64,000 nucleotides of DNA from Stegostoma tigrinum (Eukaryota). Numbering within the stretch: the stretch's first letter is position 1; every line of letters begins with the position of its first letter. The DNA lies in the NCBI RefSeq assembly GCF_030684315.1, contig NC_081365.1, positions 39,516,985-39,580,984 of the forward strand. Direction: 5' to 3'. The notes beneath the pieces were generated by a model, which saw nothing but the letters and a program-made list of their open reading frames with translations, was not told where the DNA came from and did no database searches. The position numbers were made by a program, and so were the translations under genes. Shown piece by piece: positions 52,540 to 64,000 of this stretch.

Positions 52540-52636
52540 TTTCTGAAGAAGGATCCAGACCCGAAATGTCAGCTTTCCTGTTCCTCTAATGCTGCTTGGC
52601 CTGCTGCATTCATCCAGCTCTACACCTGGTTATCTT
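52540..52636 (+). mobile_element. Solo Penelope terminus with hammerhead motif
   Basis: tttCTGAAGAaggatccagacccGAAAtgTCagctttcc...gttatct. Confidence 0.75.
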
Positions 52637-52761
52637 TTTAAGACTGCCTTTTTATTTCCAGCCTGTTTTCTTCCTATGCCTAAGATGGGTGTGTCTCTCA
52701 TTTTGTATCTAGAATGTTCATAATTCCTGGAAACCAACCAACCTCCCAGATAGGAATATAG

Positions 52762-53209
52762 GAACTAGGAAACAGGAGCGTGCTCTGCAATTCAACTACA
52801 TCATGGTTGATCTTTTTACCTCAACACCATTTTCCAGTGCTATCCCATATCCCTGATATCTTTAATATCTAGAAATCTATAAATTTCCACCTTGAATGAC
52901 TGAACATCTACAACTCTCGAGGGTAGAGAATTCTAAATTTTCCTCCTCACCTCAGTCCTAAACAGCCAGCCTTTTATTCTGAGACTTTGACCCCTCGTGC
53001 TGGACACCCCAACCAAGGGAAACATCCTTCCTGCAGCATTCCACTATCAATCTTTGGAAGAGTTTTGTTTGTTTCAGTGAGATTACCTCACATTCTTCTA
53101 AATGCCAGAAAATATAGACACCATCTCCCTAATCTCTTCTCAGGGAACAATCCCAGGAATCCAGCTGATGATTCTTTGTTGTATTTCCTCTATGGCAACA
53201 ATATCCTTT
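52762..53209 (-). mobile_element. Old CR1 3' fragment
   Basis: Similar to the other CR1 3' ends in the window (e.g. 17826-18046, 48728-49040). Confidence 0.65.
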
Positions 53210-53291
53210 AATTAGGTAAGGATACCATGATATAATACAACTGTTAAATTACAAGCAGAAAATAGAATACATTTATTTGCATGTTTCTTAC

Positions 53292-53672
53292 GTGGTCGTT
53301 GAACAGTGATTGTGATCTCGTTGGATTTATTAGTTGAGAATGCTGCAGATGATACTTTCTCATTCTCCTCCACTTGGCAGTGATATGTACCACCATCTTC
53401 CACTTGAATCTGATATATTTTCAGAACATAAACCCTGTCACTTTTCTTATGGACCATCACTTTTCCCAAGCTCTCTCTCATTTTATATTCCCCGTGAAAG
53501 GATGGTACCGCATTTGATCCAAAACGGATTATTTCTCTATTGTTTAAGAACCAGGCAACGGAGAAGAAACGATCTGGGAAATTCTGAGCTTCAATTGTGC
53601 AGATTATCTCCAATGTGCCACCTACATTAATGTTGACTTCAGTGGCTTTAATCAGTGCGAGAAACTGGTTAC
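53292..53672 (-). CDS. CD101: CD101-like exon, IgV domain 3
   Basis: atgcag|GT ... C|gtaaga; 381 bp; LEIICTI...FSVAWF...DGGTYHC. Confidence 0.92.
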
Positions 53673-55242
53673 CTGCATGAAGTAAAATGAATATCATTAC
53701 TGTGTCAGGCAGTGAACGGAGTTTAACAAAAAAACAAAGTCAGCAAATTTGTCAAACTTTAGCTTGATAGAAGACCTCTATTTCAATTCTGACCTTAATG
53801 TAGTATAGAGAAAACAAACGCTTGCAAAGATTAGCTGGAAATATGCATTGCCTTGCACTGAATCTGCTTTGATGGAGCGAATGCCAGAGAAAATTTCTGT
53901 GGATTGTATAGGTATCCTGATGGCTCAGGGAGATACTTGCAGCATAATTACTTGCTTCCTTTTTTTAAAAAAAAGGATGTATTAAATTTTTCAATGTTTT
54001 CAACTGTTACTTAACTAAAATGGATCTAAATCATCTTTCCTATTTGCTTCCATATCCCAAGGGCTTCGAGCAACATACCTTCATCACTGGAGAAGGGTAA
54101 TGAAATGTGCATGGAGATTAAGGGATCAAAATGAGATGGAAGCAATTGCATGTAAAATTCAGGCTCTGTAATGCCTCCTTAGCAATATTCAGAGGCTGTC
54201 ACCAGCTCACTACTGGCAGTTATCCAAAATGAGTCAACTTATTCCATCTGCCTTTAAGTGGTGCAACCTGGACCTTGGAGGTTACTTTTAAATTGTAAAA
54301 TGCGCTATTTGGTGTAAACTGAAAAGTGCCATTGAAGCTGAAACTGATCACATCAGCATTTGAAGCCTCTTGAAGGTTAAGGGCAGTGATTCACTCCGTG
54401 CATTAAAACAATACTGCCGTTCATCAAAAGGTCAGTGATTCAAACTTCAACAAAAGCCCTTCAGTTTATACATCTCCAGACTGCTTTTGCTATAATTAAC
54501 CTGTCTGGTACATTGTTGTTTCTTATGATCTCCTGTCACTGCCACTTAGATCAAGGCCTAGCAAACTGCTCAGTGGTTGTCATCAAAAGAAACAATACAG
54601 CCGAGAGCTGCATGAAATAGGAACATTTTGAATATGTTTAAACATACATAATATATTATGTCTATATATGTTTTTTATGTATATATATGTAATGCAAAGG
54701 CACCAAAAAGCGAGGCTCGAAAATAACTGGCTATAGCATCTGCAATTTTTTCACACAAACAATATTAATTACACACATGAACGTCTACTTATGCTGAATT
54801 TGAACAACCAAAGACTAAAATTTGATTCTGTTCAATTGAACTGCAAAATCCAAATGTGCTCAGGTCTTTTACCTAACTCTCTGTTTTATTACAGATGCAA
54901 GATACTTTTTGAGCCAGCTGCCAGTGCATGTAACCATACCTAAAGTTTCCAAATGGTTTAATCTGAAAATAAAAGGGCGCATGGTTAAATAAGTAATCCG
55001 TCTTTTGACTCCTCAAAGCCTGTCCATCATCTGCAAGGCACAAGTCAGGACGCAATACTCTCCTCCTTCCTAGATGAGTGCAGCTCCTACAACACTTAAA
55101 AAAAAAACACGACATCTAGGACAAAGCAGTTCACTTAATTGGCACCGCATCTATCACCTTCAACATTCACTCCTTACTGACTGAAACATAGTGGTAGCAG
55201 TACCATCTACAAGATGCACTGCAACAACTCATGAAAAGCTCC

Positions 55243-55580
55243 ATTCGATTGGGACAACACCCGGATCATAGGACACGTCAGACAGAGACAAACAAGGGAA
55301 TTCCTGGAGGTCTGGTTCTCCACCAAGAAGGCCATCAACAAACACCGAACTAGACACGATATATATATACACACACACCATTGCAAAGGAAAACCGGAAA
55401 TGAGGTAATCAAATCCAGTGGACCCCAGAATTTATATACTAAGTGGGAAAACACAGCAGTCCTTCATGGGAAGCTGCACTGATGATGTTACCCAGCAGAG
55501 TAACACAACTTCTGTGAACTAACGAATCAGCTCAGTGAGCGAACCAACCACCTCACCCATAACCCAAGCTCCAAATCTAC
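55243..55580 (+). mobile_element. 3' fragment of a second Penelope lineage (Poseidon/Penelope-type GIY-YIG end) with decayed hammerhead
   Basis: FDWDNTRIIGHVRQRQTREFLEVWFSTKKAINKH; downstream gcaCTGATGAtGTTAC...GTAAC. Confidence 0.65.
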
Positions 55581-57826
55581 TCAAGAACTATAGAGACTAA
55601 GAAGGAGTCTACCATTATAAACCTTTTTGCAAGGCTGCAGATGGGTTGATAATGGATTCCTTTACCCAAGACATCATCGACAACATACTGCTCAATATAA
55701 TTGTCAATGAATACAATTAATTTTTGATGTTCAGAAAGGAAACATTTATAAAAAATAATTGAGAGGACTAATTTTGGTGTTGTGATATTGTGGTCAGAAC
55801 TGAAGCATTCAAGATACTGGAAATGGTGTGTAGTTTTAACTATCAGGGATTGATCATACACTGAGCTAATGGAAGATTAAGCAATGTTAGTTAACATCCT
55901 TACTCACTGCCTCCAGATCTGTGGTATCTTGTCCATGGGATTCTCATTTGCAAGCTCTGTTATATTGTTGAATGTTTATTCAAGGTGTTTGTTCTCAGGT
56001 TTAGCTTCTCAGAGCACTCCTGTGAGTCAGCTTTGTGCCTTTTAACCAAAACGTGCTTTTACTTGATCATCAGTTAAGTCTCTTTTAGCCAACCAAGAGC
56101 TGGACAGAAAATCCTCAATATTATTTTTTGGCTCCACAGTTATATTTCAGGCTTCTGGTGAAGTTTCTTAATTTTGTGATACAGCAGAATGATCAGTCCT
56201 AGATCAAACTGTTTAATAGATTTAACACAGATTTATTGAATGGCACCAAGGACTCACTACAAAGTAACCACTGTCCTCATTCTCAATATTAAATTTTACA
56301 TGTTTTATTGTTCCTGGTGCTTTTCTGACAAATGCGTCACCTTTTTGCTTTTATTGCTTTCTCATGTCTTGAAATGGATCACAGACTTTGAACAAAACCA
56401 GATGAGAAATAACTTGTTGCAAGTTTGCTTGGGACATATAAATGTTAACATTTATCTCAACTCAAAGAAGGCTGCCCATCACATGTACATATTCACATAT
56501 ATAATTACATATATAAACAAATCCAAAAGATGCTTGTATTTGAAGTACATATCTTCTCTCCTGGACAACAGAAGCAATTTGACAAGTCATTTTTCTGATT
56601 GGATAGAACCCCACCAGAAATTCACTTGAAAAATTACCGTCAACCTGTGTCAAGCTCTGATCTTCTGAAGTAGGTCTCATTTAAATTATTTGGGCAATTC
56701 CTGGTGGATTTTTATCTCCATCAAGGGTGTGAGAATGGGAAACCATTAAACAAGACCTATTTCCTTTGAGGTGACTGAAGACAGAATAACTCCTGTCAAT
56801 TCTGCAATTAACTTGGTAGAGATTATAATTGTTACTCTGCTTCCTCAAAAGAATTTAAAATGTTAAATCTCTCTCCTCTCTCCGTTGTAGTTTATATTGC
56901 ACTTTGCTTTATTTTCTACACAAATGACAAGAAATATTCGTATGATACATTGATGTGCCACATGAATAGACACAACCAGAATTAAACGGACATATTCTGC
57001 TGTATCTGTTGAAGAATAATTTTGGAAAGCAATTCAGTCTAGCAGGAGCCAGTTGCACAATTCATGTCTTGAATTTTCATCCTATAGTGTCCCAGATGCA
57101 TCCAAAATAAGCATGTACACAAGCTGAAAGTCCAATTTGTATTCTGAATATTTTTCTAGATTTTGGGTATTAAAATGAATTGGACCTTTGTGATACTTCA
57201 GTGAAAAATATATGCTCCTTTTATACCATACTACCTTACAATCTAAGCACCTTTGTGATCATTTGGTGTCGTTGCCCCTCAGACAGAACCAACATCTGTG
57301 TCAAGCACCATCTAAAACACTGGGTATCTCCTGTGTTGTTACATTTTCCCCCAGGTATCCAGAACCTCTTAAGCAATTTATAATCTTGAAAAGCTAATGA
57401 AAACTGCAAACTTGCAACCCTGCATCAGCGGCCAATTTCTTGAATTGTTATGGACCAAAGCCCCTATCAGGCAATAGCAATGCCAGAAGTCCGGCATTAT
57501 TACATTGTTGAAGCTGGTCACAGAATTACAACAGGAGTCTGTTCTCACTTGACCTGACTTTAGTTCAAGCTTACACCCAATTTCACAGTCTTTTCCTTTC
57601 AGTCTATCTTGCCTTTTCTACAAATAAAACTTATGTTCATGCACATAAAATGGGTAGTAAATATTCAATTTCCAGCCTTTCTCAACTTCGCCACAAACTA
57701 TGACATTGTGTGCAGGAAATTCAGCGCTGTTTTGTGTGTGATTCTCTAACTACAATGGTTGAAGCAGTCACACTATGAAACAATAGCTGTATAAAGGAGA
57801 TAGTTTTCTGTACTTATGAATCTTAC

Positions 57827-58234
57827 CTATGCTCTTAACATTCACTGTGGTATTTTCAGTATTTTTACTAGACAGGCCATACCAGGATTTGTCTATGTCT
57901 TGAATCCACTCTGCACCTTCACAATAATAATTTCCTTGATCTGACAGCTGTAGTTTGGAGATGGTGAGTTTGAATGAAGTCACACCAATCTTATCCAGTT
58001 GTACATCTCCTGCCGCCTCTTTCTGCTTATACGAATCTCCAGAACGTATGATGAAATCTCTTGTCAGAGAGATGACCATGAGTTTCTGATCTCCCTTCTG
58101 TATGTACCATGTGACAGCCACGTGTGTGTGCTGTGATGTTTCTTTAGATACTTCACAGATCAATTCCAGGGAGTCACCTTCAACTTTATCCAGGGTTTGG
58201 GGTGCCAATGTTGCACTAAGCGTATCTGGAACAA
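57827..58234 (-). CDS. CD101: CD101-like exon, IgV domain 2 with EWI motif
   Basis: tcttag|TT ... G|gtaaga; 408 bp; VVPDTLSATL...DQGNYYCEGAEWIQD. Confidence 0.95.
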
Positions 58235-59846
58235 CTAAGAATATATGTTTTTTGATATGTTTTTTGTGATGTATGAAAGAAAAATCATATTCTGTATACA
58301 ATAATGCAATACTTCCACAATCTTACTAGTGTTAAGGGTACCTTAACACAATCAATATCACCCATACATACCAATGTCATTCTTAGTATGACAGGAATAA
58401 AAACATGGAGTAGTAAAGTACAGATCTAATACTTTACAGAACCCAGTTGCTATAATGAATTAGAGATCTCCCAGCCATTCATTATTTTCCCCAGTGTCCA
58501 AATCCAGCTGGGATATAACTAAAGAGAGATTTTGAATACTGTAGCCTAATGTATTAAAATACTCTATTTTCTGGGCATCCTCAATGGATCAATGAATTAG
58601 ACAGCTGTATTAGATGCTATTACACTGCACACGACCAGATGGAATTAGACACCGATTCCTCAGCAATCTTTGACTAGGATGGGAGTAGCCAGAAAAGAAT
58701 CCTGTTCCCAAACACAGTGTTATCCCTGCTGGCAAATGTATAGTTTTCGGTTAAGAATTAGCTTGAGCTTGAACTCACCATAAACTTGGGTAGTCTGCCA
58801 ACACTGCTGATCCAACATATTCACCGATGTCCTTTAGAGGCTAAAGGAGGCTAATTGAATATCTCTTTCAAAGAGTGTAGAGCCAAACATATTCCCTCTG
58901 TGCTATGACATTCAATGATTCTATAAACTGAACCTATGATCTCTAGGGCTCAGTACCACAGGAGGAATTTCCATCACAAACTAGGCCAAGGGATTTTGGA
59001 ATCAAAAAGCATTTTGAATATTATAAACAATGAAACTCAATATTGCTCCTGAACCACATGAGCAGACTGCTTATCTAATTCAGTTGACAATGAATGCGCT
59101 TTCTCTTTGATTCACTTCCCAGCAAATCACAAAGAAATGTGTTCACCTATAAATAAAGCAAACTGCACATACAGTAAAACTATATGATTCATTTCTTCGT
59201 GCTAAATAGGACTTTTAAAAAAGCAAATCTGTATGTTCAACAAAACATGTTTTAAAAAAATGGTATACTTCAGGGTGCTACATGTTTGCAATGTGCACTC
59301 AATAAAATTCTATATTTGAAATTCCTTTCCTCAAAAGATGAATGAAAATGTTTGAAATTTTTTAAGGTAGAGGTAGAAAGATTCTTGATTACTAAGGGAA
59401 TGAAGGACTAATGGGGTTATGCAGGCCTGTAGAGTTGATGTTAAAATCAGAAGAGCCTTGACTGTATTGAATGGCACAACAGGCTTGAAGTTCTGAGGAA
59501 TCTGTCTTTCTTCATGTACCATATGCTCATATGTTGTACTTGCCCTTCCATATCTGTATAAATCAACCAGATTTCCTAATAGCGCATTAATCTAAATCCT
59601 CAAAGATGTTCAATTCTGCATTGGTTTGAATGTGATCAGATTCATAACGGTTTATTGAGATTTAGACAAGATTAGTTGTATTTACTGCTGCGTTTTCAAT
59701 AAATTGCAATTATAAACAACAGCACATTTAATTGGGTGCAGCCATCTTTCTGATTGAAACGATCAGAACTATGAAGTTGATAATGAAAAGATAAAGTAAA
59801 ATCCTGACAAAAAAAAATAAGAAAGAAGAATGCTTTAAATACCCAC

Positions 59847-60224
59847 CTGTCAAGTTCATCATGGCACTATAGGATCCCCAGTATGCATTGTCTGTGCTGG
59901 GAGTGGCACACTCATACATCCCTTCATCACTTTTCTGCAGCTTTGTAATGTGTAACAACACAGAGTCTCCTTTAATCCTTTCGATGTAGATGTCATTCTT
60001 TTGCACTCTTTCTCCAAACACAGCATAAGGGAACTCAGGATCATTTGAGCTGATAATCTGGATTTTCAGTGTAGGCTTATCTGGACGAAAGACGGACCAC
60101 TCAAAGTTCTGCTCTGATGATCCCTGATACCCGCTCACATCACATTGAATTGTGATGTGGTGACCCTCAGCCCGGACTAGGGGCCCTTCTTGTAATTTCA
60201 CTTGTCTTTGAGCAGTGCATGAAT
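59847..60224 (-). CDS. CD101: CD101-like exon, end of signal peptide + IgV domain 1 (SCTAQRQVKLQEGPLVRAEG...YECATPSTD...MMNLT)
   Basis: Acceptor ctatag|AT, donor G|gtgggt; 378 bp; canonical Cys...W...DxGxYxC; typical EWI N-terminus QRQVxxQEGPL. Confidence 0.93.
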
Positions 60225-63200
60225 CTATAGCAAGACATAAAAGAGAAGAGACATTTCAGTTTATTTTTCTTGAAGTGACAATATATTATGAACAAGCTAA
60301 TCTGAATGTTATCCTGAAGACAGGAAATTACAAATCTAATATTTTTATAGAGATCACATTGACAGATGAGGACAGGAAACTGTACTAATGGAAACTAATG
60401 AACACTTATTAGCTACTCACACTATTGTCAGACATCTGGTTGAGCAGGACATTACAACCTTCTTCCTAGGTCTTCAGAGGTCAGTGGCGGCATGGCTAGT
60501 TTGTAAAAACAGTGCAAAGCTGACTGTATGGGCTCAATCCCTATACCAGCTGAGTTTAGCATGAGGGATTCTCTTCTCAGCTGGAGGTGTGGTCATCCTC
60601 AGGTTAAACCACTACGAGTAGGACTATGGTGACTTTATCTTTATCAGGTCATCTGAAGATGCAGTCTATCTATTAGCATAACAGCTATTAACTCCGTATA
60701 ATATAGTATTCAACTGGGGCAGTAATATTGAAACACAGGAGTACCCATTAAAAAGCTCACAGAAGTCCACTGCAATCACCCGGTGGACAGTCTATAAAGC
60801 AATCATTTTATCCTTGGTGATTAAACATTTGCCTCATGTGGAATACTATGGGTGAACAAAGCCAAAAAAGCAACCTTAAGCAAGAATGAATAAGTAATGG
60901 TTTCTTATACATTTAAACTGATTAATCTGGCCTAAGAGCTAGAAAAACAAACTGAGGGAAACCTTTTACACAATAAATACTAGGATTAGGAACACACTGT
61001 TTGGTAGGATACAGCTTCAACAATAGCTTTCAAAAGGCATTTGGATAGATACATGGAGATAGATTTGTGGAGATAGGGAGAAAGAGTCAGAAAGTAGAAA
61101 TAATCGAATTGCTCATTAGAAGAGTCTGCCAATTGTCTTCCTTCTGTAAATAACAGACTTTTAATCTTTTGTGCTATGTTAACTTGTTTATTTTTTTGAA
61201 AAGATGTGATAACTGCTAAAATAATGCATGAGAAACTTCAAGATCCTCACCATTAGATGTGGAAGCTGCAGACTGACATGGAGAACAACGTATGTTTGCA
61301 CCTATGCAACCTGCTTGTAGATGCAAAGGGCTGCTTTAAATAACTCAGAGAGTGGCTGTGTGGATGATGGTGTGCATACTCAATGATGCAGGCAGTGTGC
61401 ATACCTTATGCTGTCTTCTAATCATAATGATTGTGATGTGTTACTCCCAGCATTGAACACAACCTTGGCTGACTGTTCACCACAGATCTGTTACAATGGA
61501 GTGGTAAAGTAGAGATTTGTCAAACATTTGGGATTTGGAAGTTTATTCATGGGATTTGTAGTCAAATACTGAGCTCACAGGCAACTTGCCTGGAATTGTA
61601 TTGTACCAGTTGTCTCCTGCCTTTCTTTCCCTTGTTTCACTTTTTCTTCCTCTTCCTCTTGAGCTTGTTGTTGAACCCTGGTAGTAAGAGGTGTGACCTC
61701 ATGATCGCCACGATGTTAAAGATTCATTGGAGCTCCAGGAATGGGAATACTTACTGCAGCAACTACTGGTGAGCTCCTGTAGGCGGCAGTATCACTGCTT
61801 CAGTCATATGGTCTACCTGATGGTGTCCTCATATTGGTTTGATTGTCACTAGGTTGCATGCTGGTTAAGTGTGGTTGGATAATAGAGAGTAGTCATTGTA
61901 GAGTGACCAACCCTTGTCAGAAAGCAGCCACAAAATGACATGTTGGTTGAAAGGTTGCTGGAACAATGGGGAAGTGCAGGCCAAATGAACCACGGCTGCA
62001 AAGGTAGCAGACAATCACCAGCATGACATTCTGAATGTAGTCACATGACAACATTTGGAAATTGGTATTTTTAAAAACAGTTCTGGTGCAATTCAGCATT
62101 GTGATATGGCCCCTGCAAATGTGTCTTGTTATGGTGACAAGGAGTAAAAAAATTCCTTAATTTCAGCCTCTGTGATTAGTCAGAACAAAGCTTTCTGTTC
62201 TTTTTAATATCAGGCTATACATTTCTCAAGGTAAGGGGAATGTTGCAGCATTCTTTTACCGATAAATATAATGTGGTGATCAGCAGTGAACATTATTGAA
62301 TATTGCAAGGCACAAGGGCATAAAGTTCTGTTCTACCTCTGGGCTGAAACTTCCAGAAACCATGTAAGTGTACAGCTTTAAAGTTTTTGTAGCTTTGAGA
62401 ATTACACTCAGCAGCTGTCAGAATTTGAACAAGCAAGTGCTGAGCAGGAACTCAAGTAAAGACCAACAAGAAAGAAATGGCACTTCACTTTAGGTTAAAG
62501 CCATTATGTCTGTCCTGGTTAGATGCACAGATTAAAGTGTGTGGGTGCGAAATCTTAATGACTAATCACATCTGACAGTTACAAATTCCATCAGAAAGCA
62601 TTCTCAGTTAGGAAGCAAATACATTGGAACTTCAAAAGTAAAGTTAAAAATCCCAATAGGGCAATTGGAGAAACTTTAAATTAATGGCACAAAAATCAAA
62701 CAGGGTAAGAGGGCTAGAAGTTAAAGTAATGAGTACTTATGGCTCACATTGAATGTTATAGTGAACACGCACCAAGAGACGCAGCTACAATAGTGGAAAC
62801 AGGGGCCACAAGAGTATTTTGTGCTTAGGGCTCAGTGTTGAAAGCATCAGAAATCAGCGTTATGGTGACAAAAGAGACAATTTCCAAGCTAAAGCAGACA
62901 GATTTCAAAGGAAGAACCCATTTGAGACTACAGTGTTGAATAGATTGCAATGGTTCAAGAAGGTAGTTCACCACCATCATTTCAAGGACTTCTAGAGATT
63001 GGGAATAAATACTTGGCCAGTCAGTGACAAATACTTTCCAATAGTGATTTTATAAATACATTGAAAGATTAATAATTTAACAGTGGTTCTGGGCAGAAGC
63101 GTGCAGGTGCAAGACTGTATTTGGAAAGGTTGTGAATCAGGTTGTGAAAGGCGGGAACGTATCCATTTTGCCTGTGGAAAATCAAGAAATGTCCATGTTG

Positions 63201-63361
63201 CCTGCAGAATGTAGGAAACCTCTATTTTTGATCAGTGATATGGAAAGCCCACCAGTATACAGTTATTTACCATTATTTAGTCTAAACAATAACAGATGTT
63301 CAAGAGGAATATTTCAAAAAAGGAAACAAATATAGCATTGGAATTCTGAACTGTTTGAAAG

Positions 63362-63655
63362 CTTAAAGAGTAAGAAGAACTGGAGAGCACAGGTTTAAGA
63401 TAAGTGGGGAAAGATTTAAAAAGGACCTAAGGGTAACTTTTACATGCAGAGGGTGGTACATGTAATGAATGAGCTTCCAGAGGAAGTGGTACAATTACAC
63501 CATTTAATGGGCACCTGGATGGGTACATGAGTAGGAAGGGATTAGAGGGATATGGGCCAAATGCAACTAGATTTATTTAGATTATATGTTCAGCGTGGAT
63601 GAGTTAGACAGAAGAGTCTGTTTCCATGCTGTACCACTTTATGACTCTATGACTC
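63362..63655 (+). mobile_element. CR1 3' end
   Basis: aggtttaagataagtggggaaagattt...gagggatatgggccaaatgc...tctgtttccatgctgta...atgactctatgactct. Confidence 0.8.
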
Positions 63656-64000
63656 TGTAAGATAAAACATAATTGCTGTTACAGAAGTACAAGTCTTCAA
63701 GTGAAGCAAAATTGACAGTATGATAGAGATATGGTCGAATGTAAAATATAAAGTGACAAGAATAAATAATCACAGTATGAAGACGCAGCAAGAGAAATAA
63801 TACTGAATTTGAGATTTACCTTTGTTTGCTCACAGGATTGGACATCTTAGAAAAAAAGAGATCTTAAGGTACAAAACTGTTTCAAACTTAACATTAAATC
63901 ATATGCTGAACAAGTAAATATACGGTTGTATTTACTAGTACCTACTGCTGATATTATAAATTAACAAAACACTAAAAAGGCATAGGTAGTTCTGATGAAG

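Larger units (their letters stand above)
33526..60224 (-). other. CD101: EWI-family Ig-superfamily gene (7 IgV + TM + acidic tail), CD101/IGSF2-like (alternative: IGSF3-like); signal-peptide exon not found in window
   Basis: Eight GT-AG exons with all phase-1 junctions join into one open frame of about 1,007 aa. The AEWIQD (EWI) motif is in D2. Seven Ig domains (IGSF3 has 8), VPDTLSAT/QHTH in D2 and the EKSFW...EEEE tail resemble mammalian CD101 as recalled. Family call is strong; orthology is moderate. Confidence 0.7.

Noticed and set aside
63820-63845. 26-nt minus-strand candidate exon starting with ATG (polypyrimidine-AG ... AAG|gtaaat) as the CD101 leader exon
   Set aside because: Encodes a non-hydrophobic MSNPVSKQ and ends in phase 2, incompatible with the phase-1 D1 exon; could only be a UTR exon and has no support
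1-64000. CRISPR array, rRNA or true tRNA genes
   Set aside because: Eukaryotic DNA; repeats are dispersed TEs, and tRNA-like segments are SINE heads

Overview
Eukaryotic genomic DNA from a cartilaginous fish. This is inferred from an HE1-type V-SINE and shark-type CR1 LINEs; it is probably a carpet shark. The only host gene I can support is on the minus strand (33526-60224). It has seven phase-1/phase-1 exons, each encoding one Ig V-type domain (EWI motif in domain 2), followed by a TM/cytoplasmic exon. This is an EWI-family gene best matching CD101/IGSF2, with IGSF3 as the alternative; its signal-peptide exon was not found in the window. The rest (0-33 kb intergenic, plus introns) is dense with transposons: nested CR1 LINEs, a CR1/L2-type LINE and its SINE, an HE1 SINE, Harbinger relics and a probable solo LTR. 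The most striking component is more than 15 insertions of Penelope-like elements (RT + GIY-YIG, Neptune-type Cys linker) and their derivatives. Their terminal repeats carry minimal type-I hammerhead ribozyme motifs (CUGANGA...GAAACGUC), with at least four sequence families. Many insertions are fold-back hairpins with 8-14 bp target-site duplications. Fold-back copies show a fixed long-end/short-end asymmetry, and several truncation junctions cluster 2-8 nt 3' of the predicted ribozyme cleavage site, hinting at ribozyme-defined template ends. One such element lies in the predicted CD101 3' UTR and supplies an AATAAA.
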